Source: an uncultured Aliarcobacter sp. (GTDB lineage: Bacteria; Campylobacterota; Campylobacteria; Campylobacterales; Arcobacteraceae). Taken from it: a DNA stretch of 64,000 nucleotides. The translations under genes and the position numbers were made by a program. Below, in pieces: positions 1 to 9,602 of this stretch. Each line of letters opens with the position of its first letter. Position 1 is the stretch's first letter. The notes below the pieces were generated by a model. The model was not told the DNA's origin. It worked only from the letters and a program-made list of their open reading frames with translations, and did not search any database. Where the stretch lies: contig OY781945.1 of the NCBI GenBank assembly GCA_963677435.1, positions 2,944,001 to 3,008,000 of the forward strand. Reading direction: 5' to 3'.

Positions 1-594
1 ATTTTCTTAGATAGAACTCAAGATGTTGGTGTTATAAAGCCAGATTTTGCAATTCAATATGGAATTACTGGACCAAATTTAAGAGCTGCTGGTGTAGCTC
101 ATGATTTGAGAAAAAATAAACCTTATTATGGATATGAAAATTTTGATTTTGACATTGTTGTAGGAAGTCATGGAGATATTTATGACAGAATGATGTGTAG
201 ATTTGAAGAGATGAGACAATCTATTAGTATTATTAAACAAGCTATGAAGGTACTTCCTGATGGACCTATAAATGTAAGTGCTCCAGGAATTTTACTTCCA
301 AGTAAAAAAGATGTTTATGGAAATATTGAAGGATTAATGAATCAATTCAAATTAACATTTGAGGGAATAAAAGTTCCAAAAGGTGAATATTATTCATCAA
401 CAGAAGCTGCAAATGGTGAATTAGGATTTTTTATAGTTAGTGATGGAAGTGGAAGACCATACAAAGTTAAATGTAGACCTCCATGTTTTTATTCACTTTC
501 TGCCTTATCAAAAATTTTTGAAGGTGGAATGTTAGCAGATGCTGTTGTGACAATGGCTAGTATGAATTTTATTGCAGGGGAGTTTGATAGATAA
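1..594 (+). CDS. nuoD: NADH-quinone oxidoreductase subunit D (or D part of a C/D fusion), 5'-truncated by the window edge
   Basis: Frame open from base 1 (IFLDRTQDVG...ITGPNLRAAGVAHDLRK). NuoD motifs EAANGELGF, RPPCF and terminal GEFDR. Confidence 0.93.
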   Translation: MFLDRTQDVGVIKPDFAIQYGITGPNLRAAGVAHDLRKNKPYYGYENFDFDIVVGSHGDIYDRMMCRFEEMRQSISIIKQAMKVLPDGPINVSAPGILLPSKKDVYGNIEGLMNQFKLTFEGIKVPKGEYYSSTEAANGELGFFIVSDGSGRPYKVKCRPPCFYSLSALSKIFEGGMLADAVVTMASMNFIAGEFDR

Positions 595-1073
595 TGAATA
601 CTTTTAAATATACACCTGAAAATGAAATAAAGTTCCAAGAATATGTATCAAGATATCCAAAAATTGACTCTTGTATGTTACCAGCTCTTTGGTTAGTTCA
701 AGAACAAATTGGATGGATTAGTCCAGAATCAATGATTTATGTAGCTGAAAAGTTAGGGAAAACTCCAATTCAAGTATATGAAGTTGCAACTTTTTATACT
801 ATGTTTAACCTAAAACCTATTGGAAAATATCATATTGAATTATGTAAAACTCTATCTTGTATGTTATGTGGTTCCCAAGAGATTAAAAATTACATAAAAC
901 AAACAATTGGAATTGAAGCTGGACAAACAAGCGAAGATGGATTATTTCATTTAAGTGAAGTTGAATGTCTAGGTGCTTGTGGTGGCGCTCCTATGTTTGC
1001 ATTAAATGGAGAATATCACGAAAAATTAACTATTGAAAAAGTTGATGAATTAATTAAGGAGTGCAAAAAATGA
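594..1073 (+). CDS. nuoE: NADH-quinone oxidoreductase subunit E (2Fe-2S N1a)
   Basis: VATFYTMF, CKTLSCMLCG, ECLGACGGAP motifs. Confidence 0.95.
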   Translation: MNTFKYTPENEIKFQEYVSRYPKIDSCMLPALWLVQEQIGWISPESMIYVAEKLGKTPIQVYEVATFYTMFNLKPIGKYHIELCKTLSCMLCGSQEIKNYIKQTIGIEAGQTSEDGLFHLSEVECLGACGGAPMFALNGEYHEKLTIEKVDELIKECKK

Positions 1074-2320
1074 TAACAAAAATTGTAAGCAAAAATTTTG
1101 ACATTCCAAATTCTCATAAATTAGAAGTTGCTCTTGCAAATGGAAGATACTCTTCAATAGATAAATTATTTTCTATGACACCTGATGATGTTATAAAAGA
1201 AGTTACAGCATCAGGACTTAGAGGGAAAGGTGGTGGTGGGGCTGCTTGTGGACCTAAATGGGAATTAATGCCTAAAAATGATCCAAGACCAGCTTTTTTA
1301 ATCGTAAATGGAGATGAATCAGAACCAGGGACTTTTAAAGATAGACAAATTTTTCAATATGATCCACATCTTTTAATTGAAGGAATCATATGTACTTGTT
1401 ATGCAATAAATGCACATCATGCATATATTTACATAAGAGGTGAATATAAATTTTTTATTGATAGAGTAAATGAAGCGATAAAAGAAGCCTACCAATCAGC
1501 AATTATTGGTGATAAAATCATGAACAAATATGATTTTAAACTTGATATTACAATTCATAGAGGTGGTGGAGCTTATATTTGTGGTGAGAAATCAGCACTT
1601 ATTGAATCATTAGAAGGAAAACGAGGACATCCTCGACTTAAACCTGCAGGAAAAGAGTGTGAATGGTTCTTTGATAATCCAGCAACTGTAAATAATGTTG
1701 AAACAATAGCCAGTGTACCAAATATTGTAGAAAATGGCGCGATTGGTTACACAAAATATGGTACAGAAAAATCACCTGGTACTATGTTATTTGCAATTTC
1801 TGGACCTGTTAAAAATCCAGGTGTTTATGAAATGGCATATGGAAATAAAATGATAGATTTTTTAAATCAAATTGGCGGAGGGATGAAAGAGGGAAAAAAA
1901 TTAAAAGCGATTATTCCAGGAGGTTCATCTTGTCCAATTTTAACAGCAGATGAAGTTGAAATAGCGGTATTAGATTATGAGTCAATGGGAAGTATAGGCT
2001 CAACTTTAGGGACAGGAGGAATGATAGTTATTGATCAAGATACATCTATGGTTGATGTAGCTAAAAATTTGATAGAGTTCTATCACCATGAATCTTGCGG
2101 TCAATGTACACCTTGTAGAGAAGGTACAGGCTGGATAGATAAGATTTTGAAAAAAATCATAAGTGGCGATGGTTCAACAGAGGATTTAAATACAATACTT
2201 GATATATGTAATACAATGAATGGAAAAACAATTTGTGTTTTTGCACCAGCTGTAAAAGATATTATTCAAAGTATAGTAAAAAAATTCCCTCACGAATTTA
2301 ATTTATATTTTAAAAACTAA
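1070..2320 (+). CDS. nuoF: NADH-quinone oxidoreductase subunit F (FMN/NADH binding)
   Basis: SGLRGKGGGG, NGDESEPGTFKDR, GAYICGE, HESCGQCTPCREG. ATG at 1070 overlaps the nuoE stop (ATGA) and follows AAGGAG. Confidence 0.95.
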   Translation: MITKIVSKNFDIPNSHKLEVALANGRYSSIDKLFSMTPDDVIKEVTASGLRGKGGGGAACGPKWELMPKNDPRPAFLIVNGDESEPGTFKDRQIFQYDPHLLIEGIICTCYAINAHHAYIYIRGEYKFFIDRVNEAIKEAYQSAIIGDKIMNKYDFKLDITIHRGGGAYICGEKSALIESLEGKRGHPRLKPAGKECEWFFDNPATVNNVETIASVPNIVENGAIGYTKYGTEKSPGTMLFAISGPVKNPGVYEMAYGNKMIDFLNQIGGGMKEGKKLKAIIPGGSSCPILTADEVEIAVLDYESMGSIGSTLGTGGMIVIDQDTSMVDVAKNLIEFYHHESCGQCTPCREGTGWIDKILKKIISGDGSTEDLNTILDICNTMNGKTICVFAPAVKDIIQSIVKKFPHEFNLYFKN

Positions 2321-2343
2321 ACTAACTAATAACAGGAGAAAAT

Positions 2344-3630
2344 ATGACAAAAAATACAATGACATTAACAGATAACAGAAATGGCAAATCATATGAATAT
2401 AATATAGTAGATGGAACAAGAGGACCAAGTGTTGTAGATATTTCTACATTTTACAAAGATTCAGGAATGTTTACTTATGACCCAGGTTATACTTCAACTG
2501 CTTCTTGTGAATCAAAAATCACATTTATTGATGGTGAAAATTCAGAATTAAGATATAGAGGTTATGATATTACAGATTTAGCTGGTAAACACTCTTTCTT
2601 AGATGTTTCTTATTTATTAATGAGAGGAAAACTTCCAACTCCAGAGGCTTCTAAAAACTTTGATTTAGAAATCAGACATAGATCATTCTTACATGAAGGA
2701 ATCATTAGATTATTTGATGCATTACCAGATGGTGCTCACCCAATGGCAACTATGGGAGCTGCAACTATGGCTCTTGCTGCATTCTATAAAGATCACTTAC
2801 ATTTAGAAGATGAAGAAGCATTTAAAATGATGAGAAGAAGAATCTTAGCTAAAATGCCAGTAATTGCTGCAATGGCTTATAGAAATTCAATTGGTACACC
2901 ACTAATTTATCCAGATGTAAATAGATATTTCACTGAAAACTTCTTATATATGTTAAGAGCATATCCAGGTGGGAAAATGAAATATTTAGGTGATGGAGTA
3001 AATGATGAAATCAAACAAGTTGAAATTGATGCACTTGATGCAATCTTAACTTTACATGCTGATCATGAACAAAATGCTTCTACTACAACTGTAAGAAATG
3101 TAGGTTCTACTGAAGCTCACCCTTATGTTGCAATTGCTTCTGGTATCTCTGCTTTATGGGGATCTGCTCATGGTGGAGCTAATGAGAAAGTTATGGATCA
3201 ATTAAGATTAATTGGTGATGTTAAAAATGTTCCTACTTATATTGCAAAAGCAAAAGATAGAAATGACCCATTTAGATTAATGGGATTCGGACACAGAGTT
3301 TACAAAAATAGAGATCCTAGAGCTGAAACATTAAAAGGTTTACAAGATAAATTAAAAGAAGAGTTAAAACTAGATTCTAAATTACTTGATATTGCCCATG
3401 CTGTTGAACAAGCTGCTTTAAGTGATGATTACTTCAAAGAAAGAGGTTTATACCCAAATATTGACTTCTACTCAGGTGTAATTTTAACAGCTCTTAGAAT
3501 TCCAATTGCAATGTTTACTCCAATCTTTGTTATTGGTAGAACTCCAGGATGGTTAGCACAATGGTCAGAATTAAAACAAGATCCAAAACACAAAATAGCA
3601 AGACCTAGACAATTATATACAGGTAACTAA
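2344..3630 (+). CDS. gltA: Citrate synthase
   Basis: YDPGY, LHADHEQNAST, HGGANE, MGFGHRVYKNRDPRA, YPNIDFYSG, RPRQLY. RBS AGGAG. Confidence 0.97.
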   Translation: MTKNTMTLTDNRNGKSYEYNIVDGTRGPSVVDISTFYKDSGMFTYDPGYTSTASCESKITFIDGENSELRYRGYDITDLAGKHSFLDVSYLLMRGKLPTPEASKNFDLEIRHRSFLHEGIIRLFDALPDGAHPMATMGAATMALAAFYKDHLHLEDEEAFKMMRRRILAKMPVIAAMAYRNSIGTPLIYPDVNRYFTENFLYMLRAYPGGKMKYLGDGVNDEIKQVEIDALDAILTLHADHEQNASTTTVRNVGSTEAHPYVAIASGISALWGSAHGGANEKVMDQLRLIGDVKNVPTYIAKAKDRNDPFRLMGFGHRVYKNRDPRAETLKGLQDKLKEELKLDSKLLDIAHAVEQAALSDDYFKERGLYPNIDFYSGVILTALRIPIAMFTPIFVIGRTPGWLAQWSELKQDPKHKIARPRQLYTGN

Positions 3631-3662
3631 AAAAAACTAACTTAAGTGTAAGGGGATAAAAT

Positions 3663-5099
3663 ATGAGTGAAATGGTTGACATCACAATCAATGGAGCACA
3701 AATGCAAGCTAGCAAAGGCAGCTTGCTAATTGATAAGTTATTGGATGAAAACATCCATATACCTCATTTTTGTTATCACCAAGCCTTAGGAAAAGACGGT
3801 AATTGCAGAATGTGTATGGTGGAAATTGAGGGGCAAAAAAGACCTCAGATTGCCTGCGATACTCCTGTAAAAGAAGGAATGATTGTAAGAACAACGGGTA
3901 AAAATATCGAAAAAGTAAGAAGAGATATTCTTGAACTTGAACTTATTAATCATCCAATAGATTGCCCAACTTGTGATCAAGCGGGAGAGTGTAAACTACA
4001 AGATTACTACATGCTATCTGGTTTTTATGAATCACGAATAAATGTAGAAGCAAAAAATCATGCAAGAAAAAGGACTGACTTAGGTTCTAATGTAATGCTT
4101 GATCAAGAAAGATGTGTACTTTGTACTAGATGTATAAGATTTTGCTCAAATATTACAAAAACAAATGAATTAGGTGTTATAAACAGAGGAGATCACTCAG
4201 TGATTGGAACTTTCCCTGGAAAGCCTCTTGATAATCCTTATGCCATGAATGTTATTGACATTTGTCCAGTTGGAGCTTTAACAAACAAAGACTTTAGATT
4301 TAAACAAAGAGTTTGGTTCTTAGAAACTTTTGATGCAATTTGTAATGGTTGTTCAAAAGGGTGTAATATTTATGTTGATCACAGAAAAGAAAAATATAAA
4401 GATGACCAAATTTTCAGATTTAGACCAAGAGTAAATAAAGCTATAAATGGTTGGTTTATGTGTGATGAGGGAAGATTGTCATATACAAACGAAAGCACAA
4501 ATAGATTTGAAACTGCACAAATTGATAAAAATCCAACATTAATTGATAATACTATTACAAATATTTTTAAAGAACTATCAACAAATAAAAATATCCTATT
4601 CGTATTAAGTGCAAATCTTTCTTATGAAGAGATGTTAAATGTAAAAAATTTAGCAGCAAAATTAAATGTTCAAGTTTCTGGTTATTCTCCAAACACAATA
4701 GATGAAAACTTTGGAGATGATTATTTAAGAAATAATGATAGAGCTGTAAATAGAAACTCATTTAAAGAGTTAGAAATAGATGAAACAAAAGAGTTTTTTG
4801 ATTCATCTCTAAATTCTGCTTCTTTAGTAATAATAATTGAAAATAACTATTTTGACAATAATAAATCTTTACTTCAAAACAAAAAAGTAATATCTTTATT
4901 TAGTCATAAGTGTGAAACTATTGAGTATTCAAATATTGCTATTCCTCTTGCTTCATTTTATGAAAAATCAGGAACATATATAAATGCTGAGGGGATTAAA
5001 CAAAAAGTTATTTCAAAAATGAATAAAAATACTCCACAAAAAACTATTACAACAATAATCGAAGATTTAAAATCTATGATTGAGAAAGGAACTGTATGA
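3663..5099 (+). CDS. nuoG: NADH-quinone oxidoreductase subunit G (short, 478 aa)
   Basis: IPHFCYH, GNCRMC, HPIDCPTCDQAGECKLQ, CVLCTRCIRFC, CPVGAL, CNGCSKGC Fe-S motifs; position in the nuo operon. Confidence 0.92.
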   Translation: MSEMVDITINGAQMQASKGSLLIDKLLDENIHIPHFCYHQALGKDGNCRMCMVEIEGQKRPQIACDTPVKEGMIVRTTGKNIEKVRRDILELELINHPIDCPTCDQAGECKLQDYYMLSGFYESRINVEAKNHARKRTDLGSNVMLDQERCVLCTRCIRFCSNITKTNELGVINRGDHSVIGTFPGKPLDNPYAMNVIDICPVGALTNKDFRFKQRVWFLETFDAICNGCSKGCNIYVDHRKEKYKDDQIFRFRPRVNKAINGWFMCDEGRLSYTNESTNRFETAQIDKNPTLIDNTITNIFKELSTNKNILFVLSANLSYEEMLNVKNLAAKLNVQVSGYSPNTIDENFGDDYLRNNDRAVNRNSFKELEIDETKEFFDSSLNSASLVIIIENNYFDNNKSLLQNKKVISLFSHKCETIEYSNIAIPLASFYEKSGTYINAEGIKQKVISKMNKNTPQKTITTIIEDLKSMIEKGTV

Positions 5100-6379
5100 G
5101 TACTTCATCAATAGTTATTATAATTGTAAATATACTTATAACTGTTATTCTAGCAGTTGGATTAACTCCTGTTTTTGTATGGTGGGAAAGAAGAATATCT
5201 GCATTTATGCAAGATAGAAGTGGTCCAAATAGATGTCATATTGGGCCATTTAGATTAGGTGGTGTAATACAAAGTTTTGCAGATATGTTAAAACTTATAT
5301 TCAAAGAAGACTTTACAGCTTCACATATCAAATATAAATTTTTCTTTACAATAGCACCTGTTATTGTATTTTTCTGTTCTTTTTTAACATTTGCAGTTAT
5401 ACCATTTGCAGATATTTTAGTAATTGATGGAAAAGAAAACATAATGCAAGCAATTCCAAATCAATTGGGGATTATGTGGTTTTTAGCCTTTGCAGGACTT
5501 AGCGTTTATGGGATTATTCTTGGAGGATATTCTTCTGGAAGTAAATATGGACTTTTAGGTTCAATTAGAGCTTCAGCTCAGGTTATCTCTTATGAAGCTG
5601 CTATGGGATTAGCTATTATCTCTATGATTTTATCTTATGGTTCAATTCATTTAACAGATATAGTAAATGCTCAAGCTGGAACTTATTTTGGCGTTGTTCC
5701 TATGTGGGGAATATTTATACAACCATTGGCTGCTATTATTTTTATTGTTTGTTCTTTTGCAGAAACAAATAGAGCTCCATTTGACTTAGCAGAAGGAGAA
5801 TCTGAATTAGTTGCTGGTTATCATACAGAATATTCAGCTATGAAATTTGGTCTTTTTCAAGTTGGAGAATATGCAGCGATGAGTGCATCAAGTGCACTTA
5901 TAGTTACTTTATTTTTTGGTGGTTATCAAATCCCATGGTTAGATACTCAAGCAATTCAAAGTAATATTACTTATGTAATTAGTGCAATAATAATAATTCT
6001 TCCAATTAAAATCTATTTTTTTGTTACATGGATGAAAAAAAATAATCGTGCAATTGGAGCTAATAAGTCAAGGGAAAAAGAGACAAAAGTTTTAACAGCT
6101 GTGTTCTCTTCAATTGCAGTATTTATTGTACTTGTATTAATCTCTTTTTTAATCACAGGACTTGGAACTAATGGTGTAAATATTGCTACAGCTGTTATTC
6201 AAGTAGGGACTTTTTTAATAAAATTCTTTATGATGGCTTTTGTTTATATTTGGGTTAGATGGACAGTTTTAAGATTCAGATATGATCAATTACAAATGTT
6301 AGGTTGGAAAGTACTAATTCCATTAGCACTTTTAAATATCGTAATAACTGCAATCTTTGTTGTAGTAAGAGGAAGTTAA
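5096..6379 (+). CDS. nuoH: NADH-quinone oxidoreductase subunit H
   Basis: ERRISAFMQDRSGPN, AQVISYE, ETNRAPFDLAEGESELVAGYHTEYS, RFRYDQL. Confidence 0.95.
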   Translation: MSTSSIVIIIVNILITVILAVGLTPVFVWWERRISAFMQDRSGPNRCHIGPFRLGGVIQSFADMLKLIFKEDFTASHIKYKFFFTIAPVIVFFCSFLTFAVIPFADILVIDGKENIMQAIPNQLGIMWFLAFAGLSVYGIILGGYSSGSKYGLLGSIRASAQVISYEAAMGLAIISMILSYGSIHLTDIVNAQAGTYFGVVPMWGIFIQPLAAIIFIVCSFAETNRAPFDLAEGESELVAGYHTEYSAMKFGLFQVGEYAAMSASSALIVTLFFGGYQIPWLDTQAIQSNITYVISAIIIILPIKIYFFVTWMKKNNRAIGANKSREKETKVLTAVFSSIAVFIVLVLISFLITGLGTNGVNIATAVIQVGTFLIKFFMMAFVYIWVRWTVLRFRYDQLQMLGWKVLIPLALLNIVITAIFVVVRGS

Positions 6380-6380
6380 A

Positions 6381-6887
6381 ATGGGAATAAAAGTAGTACC
6401 AAGATACGGTAAATCATTCAAAGATAAACTATACCTTCCTGCAATTGCAGGAGGAATGAAAACAACATTTAAACATTTCGTTAAGAATCTTACTGATATA
6501 AGTAATTTAAAAACTATGCAATATCCAGAAGTTCAACCGACAGATTTAAATGAAAGATATAGAGGTGTTCACAGACTTACAAAACATGAAAATGATACAG
6601 AGAAATGTGTAGCATGTTTTATGTGTGCAACTGCCTGTCCAGCTGATTGTATTTTTATTGAAGCAGAAGAGAGATTTGATGGTTATGATGAAAAAAGACC
6701 TAAAGAGTTTAAAATTGACCTTTTAGAGTGTGTATTTTGTGGATATTGTGTTGAAGCTTGTCCTTGTGATGCAATTAGAATGGACACAGGAATTTTTGCA
6801 TTTACTGCTAGTAAAAGAGAAGATTTTGTACTTGATAAAAAAGCATTAATGGCAAATGAGAGATCAAAGGATTTAAACAATGGCTGA
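6381..6887 (+). CDS. nuoI: NADH-quinone oxidoreductase subunit I
   Basis: CVACFMCATACP and CVFCGYCVEACPCDAI ferredoxin motifs. Confidence 0.95.
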   Translation: MGIKVVPRYGKSFKDKLYLPAIAGGMKTTFKHFVKNLTDISNLKTMQYPEVQPTDLNERYRGVHRLTKHENDTEKCVACFMCATACPADCIFIEAEERFDGYDEKRPKEFKIDLLECVFCGYCVEACPCDAIRMDTGIFAFTASKREDFVLDKKALMANERSKDLNNG

Positions 6888-7407
6888 TTTAATTTTTATT
6901 GCATTGGCATTTTTAGCAATTAGTGGTGCTATTGCTATGATTTTATATGCAAATCCAATGTATAGTGCCCTTGGTATTTTAATAACAATGTTAAGTGTTG
7001 CAGGAATGTTTGCACTTTTAAATGCTACATTTTTATTCCTAGTTCAAATTATTGTTTATGCTGGTGCAATTATGACTCTAATTTTATTTATTCTAATGTT
7101 CTTAAATATAAAAGAAGAAGATTTACCTAAAGAGCCAAATAAGTATAAGCTGATAGCTATTGGGGCCATTATTATGATTCCATTAAATGTTCTTATCTTA
7201 AAAGCTGTCGCTAAATTACCTGAAAAAGATTTAAGCATTAGTAACACAGAATTTGGAGATATAAAACCCGTAGGAATGGAACTATATAATAATTGGTTTA
7301 TTGCTTTTGAATTAATTTCTATTTTACTATTAATTGCACTTATTGGTTCAGTAGTACTTGCAAAAAGAAGAAAGTCTAAAATTAATAACAAAGGAGAACA
7401 ATTATGA
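6880..7407 (+). CDS. nuoJ: NADH-quinone oxidoreductase subunit J
   Basis: QIIVYAGAIMTLILF, FELISILLLIALIG. Confidence 0.93.
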   Translation: MADLIFIALAFLAISGAIAMILYANPMYSALGILITMLSVAGMFALLNATFLFLVQIIVYAGAIMTLILFILMFLNIKEEDLPKEPNKYKLIAIGAIIMIPLNVLILKAVAKLPEKDLSISNTEFGDIKPVGMELYNNWFIAFELISILLLIALIGSVVLAKRRKSKINNKGEQL

Positions 7408-7718
7408 TTTCATTAACATCTTATGCCTTTGTATCAATGATGTTATTCTCTATTGGAGTAATTGGAGTGATTGCAAGAAGAAATATCTTCGTTATTTATA
7501 TGTCACTTGAACTTATGTTAAATGGAGTTAGTCTATTTTTAGTAACCTTTGCTAGATACCATTTTAATATGGATCCACAAATTATTACAATTATGGTTAT
7601 ATCAATTGCTGCTGCTGAGGCTGCTATATTTTTATCTGTTATAATTTTATTATACAGATCAAGAAAATCTTTGGATACTGATATTTTCACAACTCTTACA
7701 CAGGGGGAAAATTCATGA
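7404..7718 (+). CDS. nuoK: NADH-quinone oxidoreductase subunit K
   Basis: MSLELMLN, IAAAEAAI; 3-TM protein. Confidence 0.94.
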   Translation: MISLTSYAFVSMMLFSIGVIGVIARRNIFVIYMSLELMLNGVSLFLVTFARYHFNMDPQIITIMVISIAAAEAAIFLSVIILLYRSRKSLDTDIFTTLTQGENS

Positions 7719-9601
7719 ATACCTCACTATTAGTATGGATTATTTTAGCTCCTCTTTTAGGATCAATTCTAAGTGGTTTATTATATTTTTATAACATAAA
7801 GAAAAGTAAGGTATCTGATATTTATTTTTCATTAATTGGAACAATAACTCCTTTTATCTCTTTTTTAATAACTCTTTCTTTATTTTTAAGAATGAATGAT
7901 GAAAAAATTATCTTTAAACAACAACTTTTCACTTGGTTAAGTGTTGATAAGTTAAATATTGAAATGGCTTTTTTAGGGGATAATCTTTCAATATTTATGT
8001 CAATGTTTGTAACTTTTGTTGGTTGGCTAATTCATATTTATGCGGTTGGATATATGAAAGGTGATAATGGATACGGTAAATTTTTTGCCTATTTTAACTT
8101 ATTCTTAGCTTCTATGTTAATTTTAGTATTAGCTGATAATCCAATTATTTTATTTATAGGATGGGAAGGTGTTGGAGTTTGTTCATACCTTTTAATTAAA
8201 TTCTATTATGGAAATGCTATGAATGTATTAGCTGCAAACAAAGCATTTATCGCAAATAGAGTTGGGGATTTTGGTTTTATATTAGGAATTGTAACTCTAT
8301 TTTTTGCCTTAGGTCAAGTTGATTTATCTTTTGATTCAATTGAAGCAAACTTAAGTAATGTTTCAAATGAATTGCTACTTCTTTCAGGTTTTTTATTATT
8401 TGTTGGAGCCATGGGAAAATCAGCTCAAATTCCACTTTATGTTTGGCTTCCTGATGCAATGGCAGGACCTACTCCAATTTCAGCTTTAATTCACGCAGCA
8501 ACAATGGTAACAGCTGGGGTTTATATGGTTGCAAGATTTCACTTTTTATATGCCGGAATCGAAGAAATAGGATTATTCATAGCTTATATTGGAGCTTTTT
8601 CAGCTTTATTTGCAGCAATCATTGCTACAAGACAAACAGACATTAAAAAAATTCTAGCTTACTCAACTATGAGTCAATTAGGGTATATGTTCATTGCCGT
8701 TGGACTTGGTTTTTATTCAACTGGACTTTTTCATGTATTTACACATGCATTTTTTAAAGCAATGTTATTCATGGGAGCAGGTGGCGTAATTATGGCAGTT
8801 CATCATGAACAAAATATTTTCAAAATTGCACAACATAGAGCAACTTTACCAATCATTGGAACAACTTTTTTAATAGGTGTTATTGCAATTTCTGGAATTC
8901 CTCCATTTTCTGGATTCTTTTCAAAAGATGCAATATTAGCAGCTGCTTTTCAAGAGGGTCAATATTTTATTTGGTTAATTGGTATGTTTACCGCATTTTT
9001 AACAGCCTTTTATATGTTTAGAATGTATTACATAGTTTTTGTAGCACCAAATCATCACGATGAGCATTATGTTTACACATCAAAAACAATAACAATTCCT
9101 TTATTGATTTTAGCTATTGGTGCTATTGGTGCTGGTTTTTTAAATCTTCCTGCTGTTTTTGGAGGAAATCATTTTGTAGATACTTGGTTAGAGCAACTTC
9201 ATTCAAAAGATATTCACATGAGTCACTTAACAGAGTATGTTTTAATGGTTCTATCAGTTGTAGTTGCTGCTGCTGGAATTGTAGTAGCTCATAAAAAATA
9301 TGCAAAATTTGATGTAACAAAACCAGAAGATGAAACAGGTTTAATTGGGAACAAATTTTACATTGATGAAATTTATAATGTTTTATTTGTTCAATCATCA
9401 AAAAAATTATCTACATTTATTGATAAAGTTTTAGATGAAAAAGTTATCGATGCATTTGTTATGAATTCATCAATCGGTTTTGTAAATATTGGTAAAAGAG
9501 TTGCCATGATACAAAATGCAAATGTTAGATTTTATGCTGCATTTATGCTAATAGGTATGACTTCAATCTTTATCTATTTATATATCACATTAGGATTATA
9601 G
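7715..9601 (+). CDS. nuoL: NADH-quinone oxidoreductase subunit L
   Basis: GWEGVG, NRVGD, GKSAQIPLYVWLPDAMAGPTPISALIHAATMV. Confidence 0.96.
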   Translation: MNTSLLVWIILAPLLGSILSGLLYFYNIKKSKVSDIYFSLIGTITPFISFLITLSLFLRMNDEKIIFKQQLFTWLSVDKLNIEMAFLGDNLSIFMSMFVTFVGWLIHIYAVGYMKGDNGYGKFFAYFNLFLASMLILVLADNPIILFIGWEGVGVCSYLLIKFYYGNAMNVLAANKAFIANRVGDFGFILGIVTLFFALGQVDLSFDSIEANLSNVSNELLLLSGFLLFVGAMGKSAQIPLYVWLPDAMAGPTPISALIHAATMVTAGVYMVARFHFLYAGIEEIGLFIAYIGAFSALFAAIIATRQTDIKKILAYSTMSQLGYMFIAVGLGFYSTGLFHVFTHAFFKAMLFMGAGGVIMAVHHEQNIFKIAQHRATLPIIGTTFLIGVIAISGIPPFSGFFSKDAILAAAFQEGQYFIWLIGMFTAFLTAFYMFRMYYIVFVAPNHHDEHYVYTSKTITIPLLILAIGAIGAGFLNLPAVFGGNHFVDTWLEQLHSKDIHMSHLTEYVLMVLSVVVAAAGIVVAHKKYAKFDVTKPEDETGLIGNKFYIDEIYNVLFVQSSKKLSTFIDKVLDEKVIDAFVMNSSIGFVNIGKRVAMIQNANVRFYAAFMLIGMTSIFIYLYITLGL

Positions 9602-9602
9602 T

